NCBI RefSeq assembly: GCF_009914755.1
Contig: NC_060926.1
Length of the DNA stretch: 64,000 nucleotides
Origin: the human T2T-CHM13v2.0 reference genome, Homo sapiens
Direction: 5' to 3' (one strand)
Notes under the pieces: model-generated
The model's input: only the letters and a program-made list of their open reading frames with translations
Databases searched by the model: none
What the model was told of the DNA's origin: nothing
Program-made: the position numbers and the translations under genes
Part shown: positions 13,741 to 28,230 of the stretch, in pieces
How positions within the stretch are numbered: position 1 is the first letter of the stretch
Layout of the letters: each line of letters starts with the position of its first letter

Positions 13741-14334
13741 GTTGTGGAAGACAATGTAGTGATTCCTCAGAGACCTAAGAAATACCATTCAACCCAGCAA
13801 TCCCATTACTGGGTATATACCCAAAGGAATATAAATTGTTGTATCATAAAGACACATACATGCACTATTCATTGCAGCACTATTCACAATAGCAAAGACA
13901 TAGAATCAACCTAAATGCCCATCAATGATAGACTGGATAAAGAAAATGTGATACATATACACCATGGAATACTATGCAGCCATAAAAAGGAATGCGATCA
14001 CGTTCTTTGCAGGAACATGGATGGGCCTGGAGACCATTATCCTTAGCAAACTAACACAGAAACAGAAAACCAAATACCACAGGTTCTCACAAGTGGGAGC
14101 TAAATGATGAGAACACATGGATACATAGAGGGAAATAACACACACTGGGGCCTATTGGAGGATGGAGGGCAGGAGGAGGAAGAGGATCAGGAAAAATAAC
14201 TAAAGGGTACTAGGCTTAATACCTGGGTGACGAAATAATCTGTACAACAGATCTCCATGACACCCGTTTACCTATATAACAAACCTGCTCATGTACCCCT
14301 GAACCTGAACTTAAAAGTTAAATTTTAAGAAAAG
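13741..14334 (+). mobile_element. L1PA12/13-like 3' end
   Basis: ORF2 end and 3'UTR (GGATCAGGAAAAATAACTAAAGGGTACTAGGCTTAATACCTGGGTGA); TSD AAAATGTGGTTGTT at both ends. Confidence 0.9.
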
Positions 14335-14349
14335 AAAATGTGGTTGTTA

Positions 14350-14790
14350 ACATTTAGTAACTAATAACATGCATATATGTTCCTATACAAAATAGAGAAA
14401 ATAAAACAAGATAAAAATCCCTACTTCAAAGACATTACGTTCTACTGGAGGAGAAAAGAGAGAATATAAATACAATGAAGTATGTGATATATTAGAAGAT
14501 TCCAAGTGTTATTGAAAAAAAATAGAAGAGAGACATAGAGTTGATCCAGGGTAGCAACTTTAAGTACGATAGCCAGAGAAGACCTTTCTAAGAAGGTGAA
14601 ATTTGAATTTAGATGTGAAGGAGGTAAAAGAATGAGCCATGTGGATGTCTGGGAAAAGTGTGTTCCAGGCAGAGGGAATAACACACGCCAAAATTCTAAG
14701 TGGTGATGAAGCTCTATTTGTTTGAGGAAGAGTGAAAATTTATTGCAGCTGGGGACAGAGTAAAAAGAAAAAAGGCTGCAAAAGGCATTT
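14350..14790 (-). mobile_element. L2 fragment
   Basis: AAGGTGAAATTTGAATTTAGATGTGAAGGAGG...GAGCCATGTGGATGTCTGGGAAAAGTGTGTTCCAGGCAGAGGGAA, typical L2a antisense. Confidence 0.8.
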
Positions 14791-15560
14791 GAATTCTCCA
14801 ATACCATTTTCTGCATCATGCAGTGCTGAGTACAGCATTGACTATGGAGTGGTTTCATAAGGAGGGATGAGAAAGTAATGCTACTACATTCTAGAGTTAA
14901 GTTTCTAGAATTAGAAATTAACAAGGCAATAGTCTCAATAAAAGATGTGTACCACGAACTATGCATATAAGATTTTAGAGGCTCAGAACGTATAGATGGA
15001 AATAGATAGAAAGAACAAGCCATGGTACAGATCATGCCACCTCCAGATTGAAAGGTATATCATCACCAAGTCAGCCACCCATTTGTAATATGCATCATGG
15101 TTCCATTTTGGTTCCATTTATGCTCTGCCTCCACATCTGCAGAGAAAACACATGACTATTTAGCAGGTCACATGAAAGCTACAGCAATTACCCAGGTCTT
15201 AGCCCTAAATATCTCCAATAGAACAAGGATATGTTGGCTCTAAGTACCTTCCTTCCCTGAGTCCGCTTCTTCAAGGTAACTCTGGTCTTTACAACCATAC
15301 CTTCAGTAAGAAAGGCTAATGTGGCCAAGAGCCAGGCAGGGCATATTAAGCAAGTGCTTTACAGGATTCAGGTAGAGCAGTCCTTCCCCCAGCTTACACC
15401 CTATCCCATGTGTGTTAATTTCATATCTTCTCCTTTGTTTCTTGTTGTGTGTTGTGTTGTTTGGGTCAATAAAATGCCTCTCAGTAATCTTAAACTCTAT
15501 CAATTTTAGTTTAATTTAATATTGCTTTCACAGCATTCTCAGACTATATTAGAACACTTT

Positions 15561-15563
<3 letters not shown>

Positions 15564-15609
<46 letters not shown>
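15564..15609. repeat. Pure (A)46 mononucleotide run
   Basis: Counted directly: 37 + 9 A between GGT and CC. Confidence 0.95.
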
Positions 15610-15613
<4 letters not shown>

Positions 15614-15912
15614 ATTCTGAATTATTTGCTAGGAATCTTACCCCTTGCAGGAAAAGCTAGTACATAGCTCTGACATTTCAGGACAGCATAGCATTAAAAT
15701 ATACCCAACTTTTCTCTCAACTTCCAATGCATCCTTCTTATTTTAATATCTTACTATATTTGTAACAAATAAAGATATAGTTTAATTTTTATACTTCCTG
15801 ATGGAGAACTTTTAAGATTTTATAATTTTTAAAAAAAATAGCATGTTACTTTTCAAACATGGAACGTGTTTTTACAACACAATAAACATAAAATAGACTC
15901 CCAGGTGTTGGT

Positions 15913-16006
15913 AGACATTGTATTCAGTTAATACAATGACATTTTTGTATGTCTAAAACAGACATTGTATTCAGTTAACAAATTGACATTTTCATACGTC
16001 TAAAAC
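15913..16006. repeat. Two-copy 47-bp tandem duplication
   Basis: AGACATTGTATTCAGTTAA...GTCTAAAAC at 15913-15959 and 15960-16006. Confidence 0.9.
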
Positions 16007-16243
16007 AGGCAAATATTGGCACTTTCATATAATTCAAATTAATACATCTGCTGCTCTAACCCTTATCTGGTTTAGGCCTCCTAAAAACTGACAGCTAATA
16101 GTTTTTCAGCATCTGATTGAGGACTGCTAGTTTTTCCATTGGTTCTTAAGGCAATGCCTTCCATTACAGGACAATTTCAATTTGTAGAAGGTTCTCCCTA
16201 ATTCTAAGTACAAATCTATATAACTGTAACTTCAATTTATGAG

Positions 16244-16375
16244 TAGGGTGTTCATATTCTTTATCATGCAAACCAGAACTCTTTAAGAATGAAATAGGAT
16301 GCTCTTAGTAATTACACAGGGACAGCAGGTGTAAGCTAAGATGATGCCTGGCAAATGTGCAGTTGCAATCATCTT
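16244..16375. mobile_element. MER81-like hAT-Blackjack MITE
   Basis: TAGGGTGTTCATATTCTTTATCATGCAAACCAG...TAATTACACAGGGACAGCAGGTGTAAG matches the recalled MER81 consensus. Confidence 0.6.
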
Positions 16376-18954
16376 GCACATAAGTCACGGTGAATATAGG
16401 TGATTCCTCTTTTGCAAGCTAACCATTAAAATAACTCATTATTTCTACTATTGCTGTTTTCTCCTGTTTTCATGAAATTAAACACAGCTCCATTTTTTAG
16501 ATGATTCCTCTGCTGGCATAATTTTGAACCCTATACACTTAACTTAGCTAGTATAAATATGTTAAATACATATTACAAAGCAAGGAGAATCAGATTAAAC
16601 TAAGTCAACTTCTCAGTCACAAAATGGACAAATTATAAAATTAACAGCAATGCCTATCCCCAAGTTAATTATCGGTTGTAAATTGCAGGCTCATCATGTG
16701 CTCCTTCTTTCCTTATTTCTATTCATCCTGTGTTCTTCTCCTTACTCCTCTCTCTCTCTTACCAGTGTCTTGGGCCTGCAATGATAGAATTAATATTGTT
16801 TAGACTTGATTTTGTTTCTCATCATTAAAATGTGCTGACCCATCCCAGAATTCTTTTGATTGAACATATGCTAAAAATCTCTACTTGTTAGCCTCCTTGA
16901 TTAGAATCTATCCCTCATGTTGTATTGTTCTCCATGTAACTGAAATCAAACTACAGATGATAAAAGTGACTAAAACTTATTAAAGGGCTTTGTACCCCAC
17001 AAACATTCAATAAATCAATGGTTCTCACCTATGCTAGGTACCACACCCCTCCGAGGTGTACTGTCAACTGTTAAGAGATGCTAAAAGGAGTGCAACGTGC
17101 AGGAATTTGCCTCCTGAGTACTAAGAGATGTTCATCTGGCAATAAACAGTTAAAATCAGTGACACACTGTTGAAAGGTGATGACGTGAATTGTGAGAAAC
17201 TGTGATTACTTTTATAGGAGCAGGCACTGTGAGAAGTTTCTCTTCTAGAGTCATTTTAAAAATTTAATTATTCCTTATGTGTTTAGTGCTATTTTGACTT
17301 TTTTAGTCCTCTCAAGGGTGGTTCCAAAAGTTCCAGTATTAAAGAGTTTGCCTCAAAAAAGGATAAGATCCACTGTAATAAATGTTTGTTTATAAACAGG
17401 TGATTGACCAATATGAGTTAAAAGATGAGAAAAAGGAGATAGAATGAGAAACATGTTTCCCAACTACCTTTATGGGTGAGGTGACATTTCTGTTAGAGCT
17501 GGATCAAAAATCACATTGATCTATCAATTATGATTTGCCGTTGGATCTCTTAAAGTTCGTCACATAACCTTAAACACCCTAAACTAACCACCTCTCTATA
17601 AAATAATCATATCCCCATCCTCATTAATTTAATAACCTATTGTTTTTAAATTTGAAAAATGAATTAAATATTCATAAAATTTTGAAAGTACTATGACTAA
17701 AACAAGCAATATGGACAATATGAAATTGAAAGCTCATTTCACATGAAGAGACATTTTAAGCATGAGAAGCCAGACTGTTTATGTAAAGCTTTATTTTGGG
17801 ACATTAGCTTTCCCTTTAATAGAACATCATTTCCTCAGACTACATGGGTTACTATGGTATCCCGCTTCTATTTGCTTCTGCTAATGTTCTTCAGTCCATT
17901 AATGTTCAATTGTGAAATTGTTTTGACTAGTGGGCTTGGCAGTCGTGGCTAATGTGGAACAATAAGAGCAGATCCTTGAGCAATCAGAGTGGTACAGAAA
18001 TAAACAGAGTAAAGCATCATCGTCACAAGCTTGTATTAAATCATTGTGGGCTTTATTACTATGACAAGATAATCGTAAATCTGACAAAAGTTACAAACAA
18101 AAAGCAAGTGAGATTTCAAGTACTTCTTGACCATCTTTCTTCAAATTAACACTGATCACTAATGTAGTGATCACCTAATGCAGGCAAAAATATAGTCTGC
18201 TTCTTTTAGTCAAAAATATTAAATGGTTTATAAAATTTTCAAGTTAGAAAAAAAAACAAGCTTGCTTTTGTTGATTCCTTGATTTAGAAGTCATATGGAA
18301 AAGATTTTTTTAAAATGACAGCTGAGTTTAATATTAGGGCTCTTTTAGGAAAACTATTTCTTATTGAATTATTGCTAATTGTTGGAACTATTTAGTCTCT
18401 TATGACTAGAATCACTAGAATCAGATGTAAAAATAATTTGTTCATTTGTTTACAAGAGTGTGATATCCATATTACATGATACACTCAGTAAATTTGCTCA
18501 CATGATTTGTTTAAACCTTTTATCTTCATATGTTTCAAGTTCAAACCAGCATTAAAAACTTAAAACCTGTATTAAACATTAGAAAAAAAAACACTCTAAT
18601 GAATTTTAAAATACAGTGGTGGGAATTTGTTCTCTTAATAAAATGTCTAGTGGAACAAAAGAACTTCCTTACAACTTGGGTAGTTAATTTCTCGATAGAA
18701 GAATCCTGACAAATTAATGTGGCAATGTAGCAAAGCCAATTCAAGCATGAAACTGCATTTGATGGGACAAGTAGGGTTTATAGATTAGTCAGTGAGTTTT
18801 AAAAATCCCATTAGTACCTAATACTTTAAAAAATTAATTGAAAAAATAAAATTATATTTTGCCATGCACAGATGCCTTAATATATAATTTTTAAAGTCAC
18901 ACGTAAACATTAACCTGGAAATATCTATCTTATTTTTATTTATTATCTGTCTTT

Positions 18955-19620
18955 AAAAAAATCCACTTTATTGAGATATAATTGGCCTACAAAAAGCTGT
19001 ATATATTTAATGTATAGAACTTGATCATTTGGTAGATAAATATATACCCATGAAACCAACACCACTCTGTCTTTCTTTTACTTTTTCTTCTAGAAAATTT
19101 AAAACACACACAAAAGGAGAGAGGTTAATATAATGAATTACCATACATCCACCACTCCACTTCAACAATTATCAATAGTTTGCCAATCTTTTCTCATCTA
19201 TCTCCACCTACTTATATTTGTAAGAGTATTTTAAAGTAAATCTCACATTTAATATCACCTCACCAGTTTACACCTCAGTATGGATCATTAACAGATGACA
19301 CTTTTTCCATAACACTTTCTAATATCATTATCGCATTTTACAGCATTATCAACAATTCCTTAGTATCATCAAATATGGAGTTCATGTTCAAATTTTATTA
19401 TTTTCTCATACATATTTTCTCAGTTTCTTAAGTCCAGAACACCCCAGCCCCCCCCACCCAAAGGCCAGACATTGCATTTGATTGATAAGTTTATGAAGTC
19501 TCCTTCAATACATAACATTTTCCCCTTCCCACTCTTTTTTATTCATTCCATTTATCTGTTGAAGGAACCATCTCACTTGTCCTATAGAATGTCTACATTT
19601 CAGGTTTCACTGATTTTCTC
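18955..19620 (-). mobile_element. Old L1 3' fragments (L1MB plus L1MC-like)
   Basis: CTTTATTGAGATATAATTGG...CCCATGAAACC; then ACTTCAACAATTATCAATAGTTTGCCAATCTT...TTGTCCTATAGAATGTC. Confidence 0.6.
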
Positions 19621-19799
19621 CTTATACTTCTCATCACCTTTTTTTTTTTTAAACAGAAGACTACAATGGGGCTGAGAGAGATTAAATGATTCATCCGTTG
19701 TTGCATCAGTAAATAATAAACTTAGGGCTGCAACTCACTCTCTGTTGTTGAATCTAGAGCTTTATGCAATCTCATGAAAAGGCAGAGCAAGAAGTTTGC

Positions 19800-20020
19800 A
19801 GACTGGAAACTTGGGATGGGAGCCCATCCTATTTTCCAGCTGAGTGAACTTGGGCATGTTATCTAAACTCTCTGAGACTCATTTTCCACATCTAAAAAAT
19901 AAGGATAATAAAACTCTCCTTACAGAATTGGGAGTGATGATTAACAAGTAAAAATATAAAATCCCTTCCTTGCCCATAGTGAACACTCATTAAATGGTAG
20001 CTGCTTTCACATTATTATTT
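19800..20020 (+). mobile_element. MIR
   Basis: GAACTTGGGCATGTTATCTAAACTCTCTGAGACTCATTTTCCACATCTAAAAAATAAGGATAATA. Confidence 0.75.
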
Positions 20021-20899
20021 CAAGATTTATAAACTATCCTTTTGGAAAGGAAAATGTTAGTTTTTATCTAAAGTAGTAGCATATTTTGGTTACTCAACCG
20101 GCCTAGTTGTAGGGAGTTAGACTCGGATAAAAAACTGCTAAATAGTCACTAAGTATTTTTTAATATCAAATCAAGCAGGAACCATTGTATATATCACCTT
20201 AGATTACTTCCCCGTCTTTCTATCTCAAATTTGATCTGTCTCAGCAAGCCCAATCCATTAGGATATTTAGTATGCCTCTCTATTTCTGCATTCTGTCTGT
20301 CTCTAGTCACATCCCCAAAAGTCACCTAACAAGCATGCCTAACTCAGTGACTCCCTTTCCTCTTTTCACAAGCCCATGCAGTGTACATTCTTATTAAGCT
20401 AATCTTCTTGATACATTGTTTTTATATAATAGCTTCTTATCGCACAGGTTTATTGTTTCATTTTGTTAACATCTATTTAGAAGACATAAAATATAATTAT
20501 GTGTAGCCTATTTAAAATAGAATTGATTGCTTAAAAGGCAGCTGCAATAAAAATATAAGTAAAGTGGTCTCTTTCCAGTTTGACAAAGCATTTATTGGAA
20601 ATAAGGGGGAAACGTTTCATGGTAGCTTCATCTTTACCAAGATTACCTCTAGTGAATTTCAGGTCTCTGGGGTGTCATATAAATAAAGGAAGTAGCACAT
20701 TTGCAGAACACTTTGAAGAAGTGGTCAGAAGTGATAAATCCTGCAGCATAAGTCAAGGAAGATGAGAAGAAAAAGAGACTCAGAAAAAAAAAAATGGCCA
20801 TCAGGTAATGCCTTCAGACCTTGGAGGAGGTCCATTGATATGGTGAGAACTAAAGCCAAATTGCAGTGTCATAACAAATAAATTGGAAATGAAGAATTA

Positions 20900-21333
<434 letters not shown>

Positions 21334-22890
21334 TTAATCTTTTTTCCTGTGAGATAAGAAAAAAGGAAGAAAGGATGGCTGATTAATTAGTTAAACTTTG
21401 ACATGGAGATGAACGAAATTAATAGGTCGCATGCCTAATGGACTCTAGTTCCTTGAAAGGATCATAACAGACAGTTTGCTGAGTGTTAGGTTGAGTGTTT
21501 GAGGAAACTTGTAAAGATTTCAGACAGTTGGTGAGAGAATGTGAGAGACTGATGGGGAATCAAGAAGAGCTGACTGTGCCTGAACTTTTATTTAAGGATG
21601 ACTGGGAACAATGTCAGGCAATTTTTCTTAAGCACCACCCAGGCAAGGAGCAGCTCAGAGGGGGCAGATGATTGATCTGAGATTTGACAAGAACCCAGAA
21701 CCCAGAGAATGTGGCAAGACTGCTGTTGCTGGTGAGACTGCTGTTAGATTTAAAATGAGTTCCAACCTGGGTAGGAAGAGAAAGAAAGCCAAGAGTGAGT
21801 GACAAACTGGGAGGAAGAGATTATGATGAGCTCGTGTGTGTTACAGAAGGACACAGAAAGTGGACTTTTAAAGTTCAAGATCTCAAAGACAGGACCATGT
21901 GAGTGTGCTGTTGAAACAGAAAAGTTATGGGATTGCAGGAGATTAGGAGTTCGTTGAATGAATTATCATTGAACATGCTGAAGTTACAATCTTTCTAGAG
22001 ACTTCAGAAACCTTCCAGCAAAGACCCAGAAAAAAAGAAAAAGTTCAGAAAAACTGCGAAAAGAGGCTCTAAAGTCTTACCACAAGATACAGCAAAAGAG
22101 GAGGAGGACTACTCAAACGCAATCAATTAACATATCTGAGAAATACAAAGAAAAAGTTTTCCCAGAGGTATAGGCTAGGCAGAAAATCTTAGCCCATCCA
22201 AAGCAGCAGCTGGATGGAATCACAACTTAATGTCGTTTGATTCTAAAATCTTTGAAAAATATTAGAACAACAGTTCTAAAAAAAGACTACGAAAAAAGTA
22301 GTTATAAAATATGCACTATAAACATTTATTAAATATAGACTTCTTCCATATTAAATTATTCTTTTAATACCTACAGGCATTAGTTTCTATTTAAGATCAA
22401 GGCCCTGCCAAATTTTGTTTTATTAACAGAAGAAAACCAGAAGAAACTTCCCCAAGCAGTATTTTAATTGAAATGTTATTTTTATAAAATGACTATCAGG
22501 TCTCCTGAGACGAAAACTTATTCTGATAAAAGTTTATTGTTAACAGGACTTCAGGAGCTGAGCAAAGGGAGAAGATTGCAACAAGCAATGAAAAGCTCCC
22601 AATAAAAGTACAAGCAGACTGCCCCACAATGTTTCAGCAGATAGGCAGAAGAATTGACACATTTACAATTTTGCCCTAATAGACATTTTTAAAGTTTTTC
22701 CCTAACAATTTGTTTACTGGATATCTGGGAGGTCATGGATGCTCTTTAGGATAAAAATGACTCCTCTCAAAGGTGATAGTAATAACCATTTGTTTAGGTG
22801 TTCCTAACACATAGTCATGTCTTGCCTCATTAAAAATCATGCATGATTATCTTACTTTTATGATAAATGTTAAAATGACCTACAAAATGA

Positions 22891-23200
<310 letters not shown>

Positions 23201-25892
23201 AACTCTGATATATTTTTATTACCGTTAATTGGCATAATTTTTTTCAAATGTGCATATCTTGACTTGCATACCAAAATGTGAGTTTTCCGAAGATACAGTA
23301 AAACTGTGGTTTTATTTTTATTTATATAACTCTTGTATTTATACAACTCATCTACTGCATAACTGCTATGAGGAGGAAGGTATTGTGTTTGACATTACAT
23401 AGGGGAGAAGTATTGGTAAAAATGTGGAATTTATCTTAACTAAAATGTTAGGTGTATAGCATAAATTCAATAACTGTTTGATAAATAAAATGATAATTGT
23501 GATCATTTTATCTATATTTAAGTGGGAATGGGTTTCAATTTTCTCTTTTAAAAGGCATTTTAAAGAAAAACTTTGAACATGTCACAGACCAGGATGTAAA
23601 AATAGTGACAACAAAGAATTAAACAGGTAACACTGTTATATGCTGCTGATATTACAACAGTTCCTTAAGTACTTTCTAATTTAGTGAAGAATTCAGAGCT
23701 AGGCAGGATAGGGACTGGAGAAACAAATTTCACCCCCTAGTCTGACCCTGAAGAGTGAGAAGGTACAATGTTTAAGAGGGTGCTATGCCACAATCTCAGG
23801 TCCAAATTCCAAAGTTATTCATACTAGAGAACCAATCTAAGGGGCAATTCAGAACACAGAGAAATTCAGGAACTGGCTGATTGCTCAGGAGTGAGGCAGA
23901 CCAACGGTTAGCACTGGGAAGTGTTCCCGTAGGAGAAAAGGCTCAAACACCAAGATGACTCATAAGACAAAATTCCATTTCCTGTACAGAGGGACAGGCT
24001 GGAACAAGGCAGCACAGAAAACAGAAATGTCATAAGGACAGTGATAAAGGAACAATGTGCAGGCCAGGGATCCACTCATGACTTAGGAAAAGGGACTAAG
24101 ACAAAGGCCCAAGCCCTGTGCACTGGGACCCTATGTAGTGACAAGGAGAAATTGTTGAGGCTGAGCAGTTTCACGACCTCACATAATGCCAGTTCTTACC
24201 TGTGGTTGTCTGTGAAGAAGATTAGAATGAAAAATACATCACAGGGGCTTCAATGATTTACTTGAGTCAGGCATCCTGAATCTTGGGGTTTAGTATCAAA
24301 CACTGCATTATAATAATGGAAGGGGAACCAATTACTATCCAATCTGCCTCTTTTGGAATGGCCTCAGGGGTGACCTGGGCTGCATGTGGTACTGTCAGGA
24401 GAACAACTTTCAACTTCAATAAAATGGTGGAAGGCAAAGCCAAATGACAAGGGACTGCTAAGGAAAGGAGGAGGAGAGAGGGCAGAGAAACCAACAGTGT
24501 AAATTACTTCTTCGACAATCTATTAATGTCAGTACAACCACATATCTTAGGTTCAAAAACTGGAAAAACTTAATCATTAAGTGATTTGGTCATGGTGGGC
24601 TTAAAAACAGAAATTTAAAGGCAGTTCTAAAACTCTAATAAATCATTGTTTTAAAGTTCTCACACAGCTGAAACAGAATAAGGCTACTTCATAAAATTTC
24701 CTTAAAGTAAACATTCAAATTTCTCATAGAAAAAGTCACAGGTTGCTAGAAATGTATTATAGCACTTCACTTGAGAAACAGAAGTAAAGCAGTGAAGAAG
24801 GAGAAAGGATAGAATTTAGTGACTAGTAAGGCTGAAAAATGAATATTTTTTTTCACATGAGCTTGTTTAAAGGCAGAAGAAGGAATTCAGGCAGGGACAG
24901 ATTAAAAATACATGTAACAAGAAATGCTTGGGGGAGATATATGACAAGAAAACAAGAGGAAATGTTATTAATATCACAGGAAAAGAAATCAGATTTTCAC
25001 ATGATGACTTCATTGAGTTGCCAAATCATGTGCAAATGTTGTAAAGGGACTAAAAAGATATGCAGTAAATAGAAAAGGACAAAAAACAATAAATATTAAT
25101 GGCTTTGCCACAGCAGTCATTCAATTATTTAATCAATAAATTTTTACCAAGTATTTGGTGAACGGTGGAGGAGAAATATTAGATAAAGTACTAATGTTCA
25201 AAAAATTAAAAATTTAGTCAATCCACATATATGATTAGTCAAAATTTCTTTATAACATATACTTATTATTTTTTCATATGTGACATTTAAAATTTATATG
25301 TACATCCATGGGTCAAATCAAAATAGATAACTCTCAAAGACTGATAGGTACTTCTACGATAAATATCATCATGAACACTTGAATATTCATATAGAAAGAA
25401 TAAACTTTATCCCCCACCTCACACCATAGATAAGAATTATTTCAAGATGAATCAAAAACCTACACATAAATGATAAAATTATAAAGCTTATAAAAGAAAA
25501 TACAGGAAAATCTTTGTAACCCCAGCACAAGCAAAAATTTCTTGAGACACAAAAATACTAACCATAAAAGAAAATTGATAAAGTTTACTTCATCACAATT
25601 AAACTTCTGCTATTTAAAAGAGACAGTTTTAAAAATACCATTAAGAAAATAAAAATTCAAGTAAGAATTAGAAGAAAAAATTCATCAGACATATATCTGA
25701 CATAAGTCTTACATACAGATCATATTAAAATCTTCTACATATAAATAATTAATAGAATAAAAATGAACATGATACTAGAATAAACACTTCACAAAATAAG
25801 ACACACAAGTGGTGAATAAGCACATAAAAAGATGTTCAATATCACTATAGCCAAAAGGGAAATACAAATTAAATCCAATGATTTACCACTTT

Positions 25893-28185
25893 TGTATTAG
25901 TCTGTTTTCATGCTGCTGATAAAGACATACCCAAGACTGGGCAATTTACAAAAGAAAGAGGTTTAACTGAACTTACAGTTGCATATGGCTGGGGAAGCCT
26001 CACAATCATGGTGGAAGGCAAGGAGAAAGTTTCGTCTTACATGGATGGCAGCAGGCAAAGAGAGAATGAGGAGGATGCAAAAGTGGAAACCCCTCATAAA
26101 ACCAACAGATCTCGTGAGACTTATTCACTACCATGAGAACAGTATGTGGGAAACTGCTCCCATTACTCAAATTATCTTCCACCAGGTCCCTGACTCAACA
26201 CATGGGAATTATGGGAGTACAATTTGAGATGAGATTTGGGTGGGGACATAGAGCCAAACCATATCATTCTGCCCCTGGCTCTTCCAAATCTTATGTCTTC
26301 ACATTTCAAAACCAATCATGCCTTCCCTGCAGTACCCCAAAGTCCTAACTCATTTTAGCATTAACCCAAAAGTCCACAGTCCAAAGTCTTTTCTGAGACA
26401 AGCAAGTCCCTTCCAACTTTGAGCCTGTAAAATCAAAAGCAAGCTAGTTACTTCCTAGATACAATGGGGGTACAGGTATTGGGTAAATAGAGCTGTTCCA
26501 AATGGGAGAAATTGATGAAAATCTGAAATCTTCCAGGACAGTCAAATTTTAAAGCTCCAAAATAATCTCCTTTGACTCCAGGTCTTACATCCAGGTCACA
26601 CTGATTCAAGAGGTGGGCTTTCATGGCCTTGGGCAGCTCCACCCCTGTGGCTTTGCAGGGTACTGTCTGCCTCCCAGCTGCTTTCATGGGCTGGCATTGA
26701 GTGTCTGTGGCTTTTCCAGGCACAAAGTGCAAGCTGTAGGTGCATTCTGGGGTCTGGAAGATGGTGGCCCTCTTCTCATAGCTCCACTATGTGGTACCCC
26801 AGTAGGGATTCTGTGTGGGGGCTCCAACCCCACATTTCCCTTCCACACTGCCTTAGCAGAGGTTCTCCATGAGAGCCCCATCCTGCAGCAAACTTCTGCC
26901 TGGGCATCCAGGCATTTCCATACTTCTTCTGAAATCTAGGTGGAGGTTCCCAAACCCCAATTCTTCACTTCTGTGAACATTCAGGCTCAACACCATGTGG
27001 AGGCTGCCAAGGGGTGGCTTGCACCCAATGAAGCTATGGCTCAAGCTCTACGTTTGCCCCTTTCAGCCAAAGCTGGAGTGACTAGGACACAAGGCACCAA
27101 GTCCCCAGGCTGCAAGCAGCATGGGGACCCTGGGCCCTGCGCATGAAACCATTTTTTCCTCCTAGACCTCCAGGTCTGTAATGGGAGGGACTGCTGCAAA
27201 GATCTTTGATGTGTCCTGAAGACATTTTCCCCATTGTCTTGGGTTTTAACATTTGGCTCCTTGTTACTTATGCAAATATCTGCAGCTGGTTTGGATTTCT
27301 CCTCAGAAAATGGGATTTTCCTTCCTATTGCATTGTTAGGCTGCAAATTTTCTGAACTTTCATACTCTTCTTCATTTTTAAAATTGAATGCCTTTAACAG
27401 CACCCAAGTCACCTCTTGAATGCTTTGCTGCTTAGAAATTTCTTCTGCCAGATTCCCTACATCATCTCTCTCAAGTACAAAGTTCCAAAAAACTCTAGGG
27501 AAGGGACAAAACGCTGCCAGTCTCTTTGCTAAGACATAATAAGAGTCACCTTTGCTCCAGTTCTCAACAAGTTCTCATCTCAGCATCTGAGACCACCTCA
27601 GCCTGGATTTCATTGTCCATATTATTATCAGCATTTTGGTTAAAGCCATTCAACAAGTCTCTGGGGACTTCCAAACTTTCCCACATTTTCTTATCTTCTT
27701 CTGAGCCCTCCAAACTGTTCCAACCTCTGCCTGTTACCCAGTTTCAAAGTCACTTCCACATTTTCGGGTATCTTTTCAGCAATGCCCAACTCTAATGGTA
27801 CCAATTTACTGTATTAGTCCATTTTCACACTGCTGATAAAGAGATACCTAAGACTGGGCAATTTACAAAAGAAAGAGGTTTAATTGGAGTTACAGTTCCA
27901 TGTGGCTGGGGAAGCCTCAAAATCATGACAGAAGGCAAGGAGGAGCAAGTCACATCTTATTGGATGGCAGCAGGCAAAGAGAGAATGAGAAGGATACAAA
28001 AGTGGAAACACCTGTTAAAACCATCAGATTTCGTGAGACTTATTCACTGCCATGAGAATAGTATAGGGGAAACTGCCCCCATGATTCAAATTATCTTCCA
28101 CAGGGTCCCAGTCACAACACATGAGAATTATGGGAGTACAATTCAAGATGAGATTTGGGTGGGGACATAGAGCCAAACCATATCA
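25893..28185 (-). mobile_element. Complete THE1B MaLR provirus (LTR 25893-26266, internal 26267-27809, LTR 27810-28185)
   Basis: Two LTRs reading TGTATTAGTC...AGCCAAACCATATCA; THE1-int between them; perfect 5-bp TSD ACTTT (25888-25892, 28186-28190). Confidence 0.95.
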
Positions 28186-28230
28186 ACTTTTAACCCACGT
28201 GATTGGGTAAAAAAATTATGAAAATGATAT

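Noticed and set aside
14442-15035. 197-aa minus-strand ORF
   Set aside because: Largely overlaps a degenerate L2; no recognisable domain; Leu/Ser/Phe-rich composition typical of chance ORFs
18153-18173. 9-bp hairpin TGATCACTA-atg-TAGTGATCA
   Set aside because: Short; one such stem is plausible by chance in 64 kb of AT-rich DNA
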